This document shows, piece by piece, positions 39,701 through 51,104 of a DNA stretch of 64,000 nucleotides. The stretch is from Aureliella sp. Its GTDB lineage: Bacteria > Planctomycetota > Planctomycetia > Pirellulales > Pirellulaceae. The notes under the pieces were generated by a model. The model was not told the origin of the DNA. It did no database searches and was given only the letters and a program-made list of their open reading frames with translations. The translations under genes were made by a program, and so were the position numbers. The stretch is taken from positions 2,464,001 to 2,528,000 of the forward strand of contig OY829846.1 in assembly GCA_963691875.1 (NCBI GenBank). The letters are read 5' to 3'. Every line of letters starts with the position of its first letter. Position 1 is the first letter of the stretch.

Positions 39701-40503
39701 ACATCGACACCGGTATCAGAGCCGATGGCTTTGGGTCTGCCCCTGATAACCATGAGACCGATGCGGAGGTTGCGATCGAGGTTCGTGATTTCCGCAAGGA
39801 GTACGATCAGACAGTCGCTGCAGACGGCATCTCATTTAACTTACCGCGCGGAACAGTGGGAGCACTGATTGGTCCCAACGGTGCCGGAAAGACAACGACG
39901 ATCCGGACCTTGTGTGGAATCATTCGCCCGACTTCCGGCAGCCTGCGAGTTGCTGGAATCGATGTCGAAAAAGAGACATTAGAAGTTAAAAAACGTGTTG
40001 CGTACGTACCTGACGATCCACCGCTGTTCGAAACACTGACAGTTTGGGAGCATCTGAAATTTATTGCGTCGGCCTATGCTGTTGCCGATTTTGAGGAGCG
40101 AGCTGGAGAGTTGTTGCGTGAGCTCAATCTGGAACAAAAGAAAACAGCACAGGCCAGCGAGCTATCGCGCGGAATGCGTCAGAAAGTAGCCATAGCTTGC
40201 GCCTACTTACACTCGCCGTCGATACTTTTCTTTGATGAACCGCTTACCGGGCTCGACCCAGCGGCGATCAGGCTGCTGAAACAAACGATGGTGGAGAAGG
40301 CTGAGGCTGGCGCGACGGTGCTAGTGAGCAGTCACTTGCTCGCACTGGTTGAAGACATATGCCGCCACATGATCGTGCTGCGCAGAGGCAAGTGCTTGTT
40401 TTCAGGCACGGTAGAAGAGGCGAGGAACTTGCACCCAGACACTCAATCACTGGAAGACGTCTTTTTTCGAATTACCGAAGGCGACCAAGCTGACGACGAG
40501 TGA
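39697..40503 (+). CDS. ABC transporter ATP-binding protein (ABC-2 type)
   Basis: GPNGAGKT, LSRGMRQK, FDEP, SSH motifs. Confidence 0.93.
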   Translation: MNIDTGIRADGFGSAPDNHETDAEVAIEVRDFRKEYDQTVAADGISFNLPRGTVGALIGPNGAGKTTTIRTLCGIIRPTSGSLRVAGIDVEKETLEVKKRVAYVPDDPPLFETLTVWEHLKFIASAYAVADFEERAGELLRELNLEQKKTAQASELSRGMRQKVAIACAYLHSPSILFFDEPLTGLDPAAIRLLKQTMVEKAEAGATVLVSSHLLALVEDICRHMIVLRRGKCLFSGTVEEARNLHPDTQSLEDVFFRITEGDQADDE

Positions 40504-41326
40504 TGAGTCAACGAAACGAGTGCTTGCCTTGTCGAATCCCGGCGTTACTGATAGTTCTAGGCATGTCCTCATAGCCGTTTGCGGAAGGTCTTCCTTTGCG
40601 TAGGTGACGCGAACCTTGTAGAGAAAGACTTGCTTGCACCAGACCAGCAGCTTCGAGACTTGCTTGCGTTTTCCGGCTTTCACTCGAAATCGAGCCAAAT
40701 GGACATACGGAGTTTTTCTACCTAGCCGGGTAGTACCCTCGCTTAGCAGCCTCTCCGTTTTCCAGCGTTTTCGATTTTCGAAATTCAGAATCGCGTGAGC
40801 CGGCCTCTTCATTTCCTCAGCCGCGCGTAATGACACGGCTAAGAGCATGGATATTCGAATAGAGTCAGATTGGCAACAAAATCATGAGATTAATCGACTA
40901 CGGATACTTCACCGTTTACTTCGGGAACTTCGACATAGCAACTCAACCAGCCAGGACGCGGCTTTAACTCCAAAGTCAGTTCCGCCGTTGAGGCACCAGC
41001 AAGATCTGCTGCACGACTCGGATCATCCCCACTAAACCGCCCCGCTGATTTAACGCCGTGTCAACCACACGAGAGCGGAACGAGACCGCACAGGGCCGCA
41101 TGGGAAGGAGGTGAGGACACGCGTCTCGAGAAAATTCCGAAGAGCAGGCATGTAGCGGCGAGGAGACGAAGAGCACAGGGAACAATTCTGTGCGGTGAAA
41201 GGCAAGCCACAACCGACGCCAAGAACTTTCCCTGCTGAGGTCGGTACAATGCCTCCGCGAGATAAATTACTATAGAGTCAGGAGTTCCCAACCCCGCCTT
41301 TCCTTTCCTCAAGCCTGAGCCCCCTT

Positions 41327-44300
41327 ATGCACCTTTGCCGATCTTCTTTTGTCACACAAGCCATGCTTGCTGTCTTTTGCAGCTTAGTGACTTTTTGTGA
41401 ATCCGCTCACAGTCAATTTGAAATTCTCTTCAACGGCAGAACGCTGGATGGGTGGGCAGGTGCCTCCCCTCAAGGGGAAGCACAATGGAGAGTTGAAGAC
41501 GGAGCGATTGTCGGGGAGACAACAGAAAAGAATCCTGTTGCCGCCAACACCTTTCTAATATGGCAGGGAGGTGAGATTGCCGACTTCGAGTTCCGCTGCA
41601 AAGTGCGTTTTTCAGGTAACAACTCTGGAGTTCAGTACCGCAGTTATCGTCTCGATGAAAAGCCGTTCGCGCTCGCTGGCTACCAAGCCGATTTGCATTC
41701 GAAGCAATCTAACTTTGGAATGCTCTACAGCGAAAAAACTGGTCGTGGCATCATCGCTTCGCGTGGTGAGAAATGCCTGATCGACTCCGAAGGCAAAAAG
41801 AAGGTGCTCGGCGCGTTCGATGCGGACCAAGAGTTGGTCGACCAGCAGTGGAATGATTTGCGAATCATTGCAGTGGGCCGCCGACTCATTCATCAAGTCA
41901 ACGGGAAGACAACTGTGGATGTTACGGACGAACACGCAAAAGCACTAAAGCAAGGGCTATTAGGTCTTCAGTTGCATCGGGGCCCCGCAATGAAAGTCGA
42001 GTATCGAAATCTACTACTTCGCAAACTTAGCGACAAAGAGGGGGCAAAGCTGCTTCAGGAAGTGGAGAAGACTGCTAAGCCTGCCGCTAAAACGACAGCG
42101 AAGCCAGCTAAAATAGCCGAGGAAGGCAAAGGGGCCTGGCTGAACGCCAAGCCGAAGCCATCCTGGATCTGGAGCAAGCAGCCAAAGAACAATGAGTCAC
42201 TCTGGTTCCGCAAAAGTTTCGAAGTCGCAGATAAAAAGATCCAGTCCGCGCAACTCTACGTCACATGCGACAACGTTATTGAGCTCTTTGTGAACGGCAA
42301 GTCGCAATTGCGATCCAGTTCTTGGGAAAAGGCAGACCAACGCGACCTTTCAAAGTTGCTCAGAGCTGGAAACAACGTGCTAGGCGCGGCCTGCCAAAAC
42401 CAGGGTAGTGAAGCTGGGCTGCTGCTCAAACTTCGCATTCGCTACGCTGATGGGACGGAACAATCCATTGCCACGGACGACAGCTGGAGCATGTCGGCCA
42501 AGGCAAGTGAAAACTGGAACCAGATCACCGGCGACGCAGCAAGCTGGAGCAATGCCGTCACGCGTTATCCGCTCGGCAAAGGCCCTTGGGGAATTCCGGG
42601 GTTCTCGAGTGGCGGTGGAAACCGGAATTCTGGTGACCAGCTTACCGCTCTCGAATCGCGCCACATTATGACGCCACCTGGGTTCCTCGTCGAAAGGATC
42701 TACTCCGTACCAAAGGAGCAAGGAAGCTGGGTTTCGATGGCGACCGATCCCCAGGGGCGTATTTACGCTTGTGACCAAGGCGGAGCGGGCCTTTACCGAC
42801 TGACGCTAAAGCAGGGACAAGTTGCTAAAGTCGAGAAGGTCTCGCAGGGCTCATTGTCGGGTGTCTCCGGTGCGCAAGGGCTGCTCTGGGCCTACGACAG
42901 CTTGTGGGTGCATCGCAATGGCGGCAATTTGATGCGGCTACGCGATACCGATGGCGATGGAAACTTGGATTCGGTCGAGACCATTCCAAGCACGCGAGGT
43001 GGCGGAGAGCATGGCAACCACGCAGTGATCCTTACCGAGGATGGCAAAGGGATCTACATGAATAGTGGTAATCATTCGCCCTTGCACGAGTATGCTTCGC
43101 GTAGTGTGCCAAGCTGGAATGAGGATTTGTTACTGCCCAGAATGTGGGACGCTCGTGGGCACGCACGCGGACGATTGGCGCCAGGTGGCTGGATCACGCG
43201 ACTCGATCCAAACTCACTCAAACAAACTGTGCATGCAATCGGCTTTCGAAACCAATACGATATTACACTCAATCGCTTCGGAGACTTGTTCACCTACGAT
43301 GCGGATATGGAGTGGGATCTTGGATTGCCTTGGTATCGCCCGACTCGAATTTGCCAGCCAGTGAGCGGTGCAGAGTTTGGCTGGCGTAGCGGTTCGGGCA
43401 AATGGCCAAGCTACTACGAAGACAGTCTGCCACCTGTTGTTGAAATCGGACCGGGCTCTCCCACTGGCGTCATCTCTGCACGGGAAGCAAAATTCCCCAC
43501 CCGTTATCGAGATGCGATCATTGCGTTGGACTGGACATTCGGCACGATTTACGCCGTTCACTTAAAACCCCAAGGAGCTGGGTACACCGGCGAGGCCGAG
43601 CACTTTGTGTACAGCAATCCGTTGCCTGTCACGGACGCAATCATTCACGAAGGTGATCTCCTCTTCACTGTCGGCGGCCGAGGCACTCAATCCGCAATGT
43701 TCCGAGTGCGTTATGTGGGTCACGAACTGACTCAAAGTCCGTCTGCGGTCGAAACCTCTGCAGCCGCAGCTCGCGAGAAGCGACGAAAGCTCGAGGTGTT
43801 CCATGGCGTCGAAAATCCAGACGCAGTAGCTAAGGCATGGCCATTTCTCAACCACGAAGATCGCTACCTGCGTTACGCGGCGAGGATAGCCATTGAGAGC
43901 CAACCAGTGAATGCCTGGAGCACTTTGGTCTACGCCGAGCAAGATCCAAGATCTCGAATCGTTGCGACTCTGGCTCTTGCCCGTACCGGCACCGAGGCGC
44001 ATCGCAAGCCTGCAATCAAGGGGCTACTGGAGCTCAGGCCGGCAGACCTTAGTGACGAAGATAAGCTGCGTTTGCTGCGAAGCTATGCAGTTAGCTTTAT
44101 ACGACTCGGGCGTCCGACGGAAGTCGAACGGAAGGCGATCTTGGCGCAGCTGGATCCGTTGTTGCCCAGCAAAAGCGGCGATGTAAACACTGAGTTGATT
44201 CGAGTGCTGACTTACTTAACTAGCCCGAATTTGCTTTCGAAAGCGATGCCGCTAATAGTCAATCCCCAGCCACCTGAACTGCCTGATTGGTCGGAGCTAG

Positions 44301-45100
44301 CGTCAAGGAATTCGCGATATGGAGGCGCGGTGCTCGCGATGCTCAAGAATCATCCGCCAACACGAGAGATCGGGTATGCCTTTATCTTGAGAAACATGCG
44401 GACAGGTTGGACGCTTGAGCAGCGTCGACAGTACTTTGAGTTTCTCAATCAGGCCGCTAAGTACTCCGGTGGTGCAAGTTATCCTGGATACCTCAGTCGC
44501 ATTCGCGATGAAGCTCTAGAAAACTGTAGCAACGAAGAGCGCGAAGCACTCGCCGATGTAACCGGAGAAAACTTCAACCCATCACCAGATTTTCCGATTC
44601 ACGATCCTGTAGGCCCCGGAAAAGCCTGGGAGCTAAATGAAGCGATTGCAGCCGCCGGTGCCAAGCCGAACTTTGAAAATGGTCGATCGCTTTACTTCTC
44701 CGCCAAGTGTGCAAACTGCCATCGACTTGGCGGGCTCGGAGGCAACATAGGCCCCGACTTGACGAGTGTGCCTAATAAGTTCGATCGTCGCTACGTAGTC
44801 GAAGCAATCGTGAATCCAAGCAAGAACATCTCGGATCAGTATGGAAGCTCCATCGTGCTGCTTGAAGACGGGCGGGTGCTCAATGGCTTGGCCGTCGAAG
44901 GAGAAAATACCTGGACGATCTATCCAATGCAACCAGATGCTATGGAAGAAATCGTTGAGAAGGACGAGGTTGAAGCAATGCGCAACTCTTCTGTATCTCA
45001 GATGCCAAGCGAGCTCCTCAACAACTTGAATGCACAAGAAATTGCGGATCTCGTCGGCTACATCATGGCAGCAGGAGATCCAAAGAAGTTTCCCAAATAG
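41327..45100 (+). CDS. Large secreted protein: DUF1080 domain, sugar-binding-like domain, beta-propeller, HEAT-like region and PVC-type heme-binding domain
   Basis: [44 protein letters not shown]. Confidence 0.9.
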   Translation: MHLCRSSFVTQAMLAVFCSLVTFCESAHSQFEILFNGRTLDGWAGASPQGEAQWRVEDGAIVGETTEKNPVAANTFLIWQGGEIADFEFRCKVRFSGNNSGVQYRSYRLDEKPFALAGYQADLHSKQSNFGMLYSEKTGRGIIASRGEKCLIDSEGKKKVLGAFDADQELVDQQWNDLRIIAVGRRLIHQVNGKTTVDVTDEHAKALKQGLLGLQLHRGPAMKVEYRNLLLRKLSDKEGAKLLQEVEKTAKPAAKTTAKPAKIAEEGKGAWLNAKPKPSWIWSKQPKNNESLWFRKSFEVADKKIQSAQLYVTCDNVIELFVNGKSQLRSSSWEKADQRDLSKLLRAGNNVLGAACQNQGSEAGLLLKLRIRYADGTEQSIATDDSWSMSAKASENWNQITGDAASWSNAVTRYPLGKGPWGIPGFSSGGGNRNSGDQLTALESRHIMTPPGFLVERIYSVPKEQGSWVSMATDPQGRIYACDQGGAGLYRLTLKQGQVAKVEKVSQGSLSGVSGAQGLLWAYDSLWVHRNGGNLMRLRDTDGDGNLDSVETIPSTRGGGEHGNHAVILTEDGKGIYMNSGNHSPLHEYASRSVPSWNEDLLLPRMWDARGHARGRLAPGGWITRLDPNSLKQTVHAIGFRNQYDITLNRFGDLFTYDADMEWDLGLPWYRPTRICQPVSGAEFGWRSGSGKWPSYYEDSLPPVVEIGPGSPTGVISAREAKFPTRYRDAIIALDWTFGTIYAVHLKPQGAGYTGEAEHFVYSNPLPVTDAIIHEGDLLFTVGGRGTQSAMFRVRYVGHELTQSPSAVETSAAAAREKRRKLEVFHGVENPDAVAKAWPFLNHEDRYLRYAARIAIESQPVNAWSTLVYAEQDPRSRIVATLALARTGTEAHRKPAIKGLLELRPADLSDEDKLRLLRSYAVSFIRLGRPTEVERKAILAQLDPLLPSKSGDVNTELIRVLTYLTSPNLLSKAMPLIVNPQPPELPDWSELASRNSRYGGAVLAMLKNHPPTREIGYAFILRNMRTGWTLEQRRQYFEFLNQAAKYSGGASYPGYLSRIRDEALENCSNEEREALADVTGENFNPSPDFPIHDPVGPGKAWELNEAIAAAGAKPNFENGRSLYFSAKCANCHRLGGLGGNIGPDLTSVPNKFDRRYVVEAIVNPSKNISDQYGSSIVLLEDGRVLNGLAVEGENTWTIYPMQPDAMEEIVEKDEVEAMRNSSVSQMPSELLNNLNAQEIADLVGYIMAAGDPKKFPK

Positions 45101-45165
45101 TTCAAGCCGGATTCCAAGCCCAAGAGGACTTTTCGAATCCAGAACGCGGCATCACAATATCGACG

Positions 45166-45642
45166 ATGAAGATTTGGATTGATGCGGATGCCGCGCCGCG
45201 GCCGGTGAAAGATGTCGTTTTTCGCGCTGCGCGAAAGAACAAGTTAGAGACGATCTTAGTAGCGAATCAGTCGATCGCTACACCGCCCGGTGTGAGCAGT
45301 ATTCGCTCTATTGCCGTCAGGCACGGCGCCAACGAAGCGGACAACTACATTGCAGAACACGCGGAGCCAGGGGATATGGTCATCACTGCCGACATTCCTT
45401 TGGCAGAACGCTTGGTTCAACAAGAGATCGTAACAATTGATCCGCGCGGTGAACAATATCACGCAGACAATATTGCTTCTCGCCTTTCAATGCGTGATTT
45501 CATGGATGACCTGCGGGGTGCAGGAGCCGAACTTGGCGGTAGCCGCCCTTACAATGACGTCGACAAGCGAGAATTCTCCTCAACCTTTGACCGCCTCCTA
45601 CATCGCCTGATGCGTGACGCAAGTAGAAAAGGGCCCGAGTAA
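45166..45642 (+). CDS. YaiI/YqxD (DUF188) family protein
   Basis: [21 protein letters not shown]. Confidence 0.9.
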   Translation: MKIWIDADAAPRPVKDVVFRAARKNKLETILVANQSIATPPGVSSIRSIAVRHGANEADNYIAEHAEPGDMVITADIPLAERLVQQEIVTIDPRGEQYHADNIASRLSMRDFMDDLRGAGAELGGSRPYNDVDKREFSSTFDRLLHRLMRDASRKGPE

Positions 45643-45698
45643 GCGGGGACATCTTCTTTCTCCGCTTGCTTAACTGGCGGGCGAAGTCACACGAATAA

Positions 45699-46775
45699 CT
45701 ACCGATCCAATGGTAGCTCGCAAGCCTGAAGCAACGTCCGCTGCACGGCCATGTCGTGCTCAACCGGGAAGTCAATTTCCTTTTCACCGCGAATGATGTC
45801 TGCCATGTCCGCGGCATCCGCGACGTAGCGTGTGTACTTCGGAAAGGTAATGTCCTGGTAGCCAGACTTGTATGAGCCTCGCTTTTTCGAGAATGCAACG
45901 CGAGCCGACGGACGGTCAAGCGGCTGGATGTGAAAAGTTCCCTCGGTGCCACAAAGAACAAAGTGACGCCGTGCGAATCCTTCCACTTCGACAGCCGATG
46001 ATTTGACACTGGCGATGGCGTCAGGATACTTCAGCACCGCCAGCATGTTGTCGAGCAATCCGTCTTCCGCAGCCGCAACATGCTGATTGATTGGCAGCAC
46101 CTGCTGCGGCGTACCGAGCACTCCGATGACTAAATCAAGAATGTGACACCCGAGCTCGAACATGATGCCACCGGGATACTCAGCCAGCTCTTTTCGCGAC
46201 TGAGGCGGAACCACTTTACTCATCACGGTGTGAATCTCGAAAACCTCTCCCAACCAACCTTGAGAAAGAAATTCTCGAAGCAGGACGATCGCGGGGTTGT
46301 AGCGGTACATGTAGCCCATCTGAACGAGCAGTTCCTGCCGCTTCGCGGACAAAAGGATGCGTTCGAATTGCGGAAGTGACTCCCCCGCTGGCTTGTCTAG
46401 GTGAACATGCTTGCCAGCTGCCACGCAAGCTTCTGCAATGTCGAGTAGATCCCTCACGCGAGTCTCTACCAGCACAGCATCCAACCCTTCCGTATTGAGC
46501 AATTGTTCCTGCGTCAGCCAAGGAACGTCTTGGAAAACATCCTTCTCTTTCGCGGTCTGTCGCAACTGTTCGTCTGGCTCAACGAGACCTACCACCTCGT
46601 AGTCGGGCGAACTGCGATAAACCGAAAGCTTGGTGGCGTGTGCGTGCCCAACACCGATTTGCCCAATGCGTATAGGTCGCTGCTTGCTCTCCTTCGCTCG
46701 AAGTATCGTGCCTCCGATCAATAGACTACCAGCAGTTACAGCCTGCATGAACTTGCGACGGTCTACTTGATGCAA
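45699..46775 (-). CDS. Gfo/Idh/MocA family oxidoreductase, Tat-exported
   Basis: DRRKFM; GQIGVGH; HLDKP; GYMYRYNP. Confidence 0.9.
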   Translation of the reverse strand: MHQVDRRKFMQAVTAGSLLIGGTILRAKESKQRPIRIGQIGVGHAHATKLSVYRSSPDYEVVGLVEPDEQLRQTAKEKDVFQDVPWLTQEQLLNTEGLDAVLVETRVRDLLDIAEACVAAGKHVHLDKPAGESLPQFERILLSAKRQELLVQMGYMYRYNPAIVLLREFLSQGWLGEVFEIHTVMSKVVPPQSRKELAEYPGGIMFELGCHILDLVIGVLGTPQQVLPINQHVAAAEDGLLDNMLAVLKYPDAIASVKSSAVEVEGFARRHFVLCGTEGTFHIQPLDRPSARVAFSKKRGSYKSGYQDITFPKYTRYVADAADMADIIRGEKEIDFPVEHDMAVQRTLLQACELPLDR

Positions 46776-46903
46776 TTCTCTATTCCTCGCAAAAGGCGAA
46801 TTTATTAACGGATAAGGATCGGAAAGCGTATTCTAGGCCGTTACCGCACACGAGGTGAGGCCGTTGCCAAAGATTGGCAGAAGCTGTTTTCTCCACGTGT
46901 CTT

Positions 46904-48286
46904 CTAACCAATCAGCTCTGGCAGTGGGCCGTAAATGTCAAGATCCTTCAATGCAGGATCGATATCACCGAAGCTTTCGTCAATCTGCATTCCGGAAGAG
47001 GCCATCAAGCTCTGGTGTAGCATGCTAAGCGGACGGTGGCCGGATTTAGAGTAGGATGGATAAGCGATGTAACGTCCCATCTTGAGCTCGCCAGCCATTC
47101 CGCCCACCAGCACAACCGGCCAGTCGCGGCCACCTCCATGATGCTTCCCGCCAGCGCAACTCAGGTAGACGATTAGAGTGTTGTCCAACATCGTTCCGTC
47201 GCCTTCTCGGATCGCATCGAATTGCGCCGCCATCTTGTGAATCAAACTGAGATGATAGGCATCGATCATCTTGCGCATTTCGGTCGAGGTAAATCCATTG
47301 GAAGTTCCACCATGCCCGATCGCATGCAATCCCATACTGCCAATGCCAAGATCTTGGTACATGGTGCCTAGCGTATCGAGTCGATAGCTGACTACATTGG
47401 TGAGCCCCGCAATCAGGGCTGCAGCGCCCATCTCCAGTTGCGCTTCCATTCGCGGCATGTGCTGCATCTTGGTGTACTTGTCCGCATCGTAGTCAGGCAT
47501 GAACGTCTTGATCTTGTTTTTGAGCACCGCCTTGCGTTGCTCGCGGACTTTGAGGGATTCGAACGTGTCGATGTAGCCGTCGAATTGTTCGCGATCTTCT
47601 GCAGCGAGTTGCTTTCTGATTCGCCCCGCGTCGTCGTTGAGGAAATCCATCACGTTGCGTTTGATGAGGGACTTGTTCTTCAATTTGTCCGCTGGTAGCA
47701 CAGCACTGCCGAACAACTCATTGAAGGCCTTGGTCGGGGAGGCTTGATAGGCAACGGCCTGTCCTTTCTCGTACGCCGACATCGTCGGGTAAACATAGGC
47801 ATCGGAGGGTACGGACGCCTGACCACGGACGACCGCGTTCATGGCAAATCCAAACATCGGATAAGGGCCAGTAGAATGGTGCATGCCGAGCAAGGCGTCG
47901 ACCGATGGTCCAACTGGAGTTAGCTCCGAGTTGCGACATGAAAGCGTTCCGAAGCCCGAAGTAGGATTTCCTTTGAGGTTGTTGCCTGATAAGCCTTGCA
48001 GGATGGTCACCCGATCCTTCATCCCTGAGAGTGGCTGGAATATCTCTGGCACTTCATAGTTATCCAATGAGACATCTACGAGCCGATCGCGCTGTTCCTG
48101 GTATTCAGGCAGGCCGTCGGGAACAAGGTTCGCATTGTCGATGCCGCTCGACTTGACGATGAATACAAACCGCTTGGGAAACTCTGCTGAGTCTGCTGCA
48201 GCGATTGATCGCAACAACGGCGAGAACAAAGCTGCTCCAGAACCAAGTGAAACGCCACGCAAGATTTCTCGTCGGTGAAAATGCAT
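46904..48286 (-). CDS. DUF1552 protein
   Basis: RREILRG; PKRFVF; HAIGH; EGDGTMLDNTLIVY..HH. Confidence 0.88.
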   Translation of the reverse strand: MHFHRREILRGVSLGSGAALFSPLLRSIAAADSAEFPKRFVFIVKSSGIDNANLVPDGLPEYQEQRDRLVDVSLDNYEVPEIFQPLSGMKDRVTILQGLSGNNLKGNPTSGFGTLSCRNSELTPVGPSVDALLGMHHSTGPYPMFGFAMNAVVRGQASVPSDAYVYPTMSAYEKGQAVAYQASPTKAFNELFGSAVLPADKLKNKSLIKRNVMDFLNDDAGRIRKQLAAEDREQFDGYIDTFESLKVREQRKAVLKNKIKTFMPDYDADKYTKMQHMPRMEAQLEMGAAALIAGLTNVVSYRLDTLGTMYQDLGIGSMGLHAIGHGGTSNGFTSTEMRKMIDAYHLSLIHKMAAQFDAIREGDGTMLDNTLIVYLSCAGGKHHGGGRDWPVVLVGGMAGELKMGRYIAYPSYSKSGHRPLSMLHQSLMASSGMQIDESFGDIDPALKDLDIYGPLPELIG

Positions 48287-48297
48287 CCGGGGCTCCG

Positions 48298-50927
48298 TTA
48301 CTTGCGATAAAGGAAGGAATCAGAAGAAAGCAACGCAACAACAACAGCTTTAAAGCTACCACCACTTTCCAGGTAGGCTCTTTCTGCATCGATCAGCGTC
48401 GAAGAATCACTGAGAGTTTCATTGCGGCCCATGAAGTACCGGAAGGCATGGCGGATAATCGATTGGCGTACGCGAGGTGACTTGGCCAAAATGCGGCACA
48501 TCTCGGTTGCATCAGAGAACTCACCGTTTAAACCCGGGATACCGATCTCGTCAAACGAGCCTCGCGCGTTGACTGGCTGGCTCGTAATCCTCCCGCTCGC
48601 AAGTAGTTCTTCGTGGTTGATCATCCGAAACACGGACCGTGTTCTGTCGTCTTCTTCGTACTCGTGAAAAGTCCTCAAGCGGGTGAGCAGTTTCTCTTCT
48701 TCGTCAAAGTAGTCTGCATCGATCCAGCGTCCGTAGTGATTGTAGATCTCAAAAGCTTCGCCAAGAGGATTAACCTTGTGGTGGCACTTCCAGCATTCAT
48801 CCTGTCGCAAAAACTCCATTCTTTCGCGAAGCGTCTTGCTGTGATCCTCAGGAACTTGAGCATCAACGTCCGGCGGTACATCCGGCATGTACCCAGCCAG
48901 CAGCTTTTCGTAAATCCAAATGCCACGCCTGACCGGATCGTTCTCAGCATTGAAGGAATGCGCAACGAGCCATGCCGGATGCGTAAGCACTCCAGCCCTT
49001 TGGTTTTCAGTCAGGCGAAGAGGCTGATCTGGCTGCCAGTCCTTCATGGTCATGTTGTACATGGTCACCGCATGCGAACATTTGAAGCCCGGGTGTTTGA
49101 CGACCGTTACCGGATCCTGCTGCAGGGACTGAATTTATTTCTCTGTCGCGGCAAGCTTGGTTTTTGCAGCGTTTTCGGCCCCAGCAATCACGTTGGCCAT
49201 CAAGCTGGGATTATTGCGATACTTGGGTTTCTTCATGTGGCCTTTGATCACGCTCTGTTTCTCTCGCTCGAGATCAAACTCGTCCACAAACTTCTTCAGT
49301 CGCGTTAGTTCATCCACGCGTCGCTGCCGAGCTAACTCCATCTCAGGACCGTCTGAAGCTACACCGCTGTGCTTGACGACGACTTCGTTGGTCGACAGCA
49401 TGCGTTCGAAGACGTTCTTATCATCACGTAGGATGACTTTGAGCAGCGCGTCGGCTTCAGAAATCATTGCTGACGCGTTCACGTAGACGTTATGCAAATT
49501 CGCTTCGTGCGCATCCTTGAAAACTTCGCCACAGCGGTTGTAGCCAAAGAACTCGTGAAAGAACCGGAGCAACCTTGGAGCAGGATTACTTCCTCCAGCC
49601 GGAAAGACCTCGTGATCCAAAACCTGCGTTACAACGCGTCTTACGTCCTCACGAGTATCCAACTCGCCCCTAGCAAGTGCTTGGCCGATCAGACCTGGCG
49701 AGGCCGTTCCCTTTTTCACTCCTCCCAAGGGCCCAGAATCGAAGATTGCATAAGACAAGGCAAAGGCGAGTTCTTCCGGTGAGAGCATGCGACGGCCGTA
49801 CTCGTCCTCGGGTCCCAGTACCCATTCCTGCCGGTAGATGGCTTCTGGAGAAAGGTAGATTGCGACAAGTGCACCTTTTAAGCTCTCGCGAGGGTCTTTC
49901 GTGTCAGCCAAATTCTGCTTCATTAACTGAACGTATTTTTGTATCTCCTCGTCGTTCGGCACTCGCGAGGCAAATCGCTGGAAAGTGGATTTCAGTGGTG
50001 CCAAAATCTGTTCTTCAGTCAACTCTGATCCATCGGTACCTTGCAGAAAGGGATCGAACTCGTGGGCTCGCCTCGGCTTCGCAGCTTGCGTCGGCTGTGC
50101 GTCTAACTTGGCGGAAGCTTTGCTACTCTTGTTCTGAGTAATTTTGCCTGGATGCTTTGTACTGCGCCCTTGTTCCTTCAGCAGTTGTTCGGCCTCGTCG
50201 AGAATCTTCTGGCTGAACTTCTCGCCCTCTCGCTTCCTAGCATCCGCAGCCTGCAGATCACGCTCGGCACCGCCAGTTAGCTGATCAAAGGTATAATCAA
50301 TTTCAGCGTTTGCATTGAGAACGATAGTTTCCACCACGCTTGAGCCTACGAAGCTGGTCTTAGCGTAGTCTCGCAGTCCCGATTTCCGAGTCGAAAAGGT
50401 GTATGGGTTCTGAGTTTTTGCTTTTCCAATCGCCCGCACATCACCCGCAAAAATATAAGGACTTCGCCGCCAGACGCGCGAAGGAGTGAAGGGCTTTGCA
50501 TCAATCTTGCCACTAAATAACAATTCGTGATCGACAAGATTCCCGTATTGCGGCAACATCTTTTTGCGTCGGTACGACTCAGCATGGCCCGAATCGAGTA
50601 ATGCTCTCTCAATCCAGGAAATGGCTCGTGATCTTTCCGTCGAATCCGGCCTCTCTTCTTCCAGTGGCGGCATTAGCCCGCTTGAAGTTGCTCCAAGGTT
50701 TTCAGCCAGATACTCGCCTGCTCAGCAGAATCGAGCATTTGCCCCATATTGCTGAGGTCAATCCCGCTCTCTGCACCAGAGCCGCTATGGCAGTGGTTGC
50801 AATGCTTTTGGAGGAAAGGGCTGACAACCGAGTCGAAGGCATCTGCCCCAAGTCGGTCGATCGACTCTTGAGCTAAGGTCAACGCCGGAAAACAGAAGCA
50901 CAGGATCGCGAGAATCTTGGTTTTCAT
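48298..50927 (-). pseudogene. DUF1587/1592/1588-type gene with N-terminal cytochrome c, interrupted by a frameshift and a nonsense codon
   Basis: CNHCH..LEQLQAG/MPP split by a 1-nt frameshift near 50674; in-frame TAA at 49137-49135; RAGVLTHPAWL, PVRRG, CWKCH, SDSFLYRK. Confidence 0.82.
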
Positions 50928-51104
50928 CCTTCCGCCACTTTCAACCGAACTTTGCGTTTGCTAGATACCTAGATTATGGCGGGAAATGGGCCGAGATGCG
51001 ATATTTAAAAGAATTAGAAGCCTCTGTTCGGGCCTGAAGTTCTCGATGACAGAAGGTGCAGGTTCTTGGGACGCTTGGCGAGTGGCTCAAGGTCTTTTCG
51101 CTAT

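Noticed and set aside
11948..41300. Integrase, transposase or prophage genes
   Set aside because: No recognisable recombinase, transposase or phage motifs, so no mobile_element feature is called
40447..41312. Short ORFs or a structured RNA upstream of the large heme protein
   Set aside because: No family motif or convincing fold seen by eye
277..49137. Stop-codon reassignment or pyrrolysine explaining the in-frame TAG/TAA codons
   Set aside because: The stops replace different residues, occur with frameshifts, and TAG/TAA end many normal genes here
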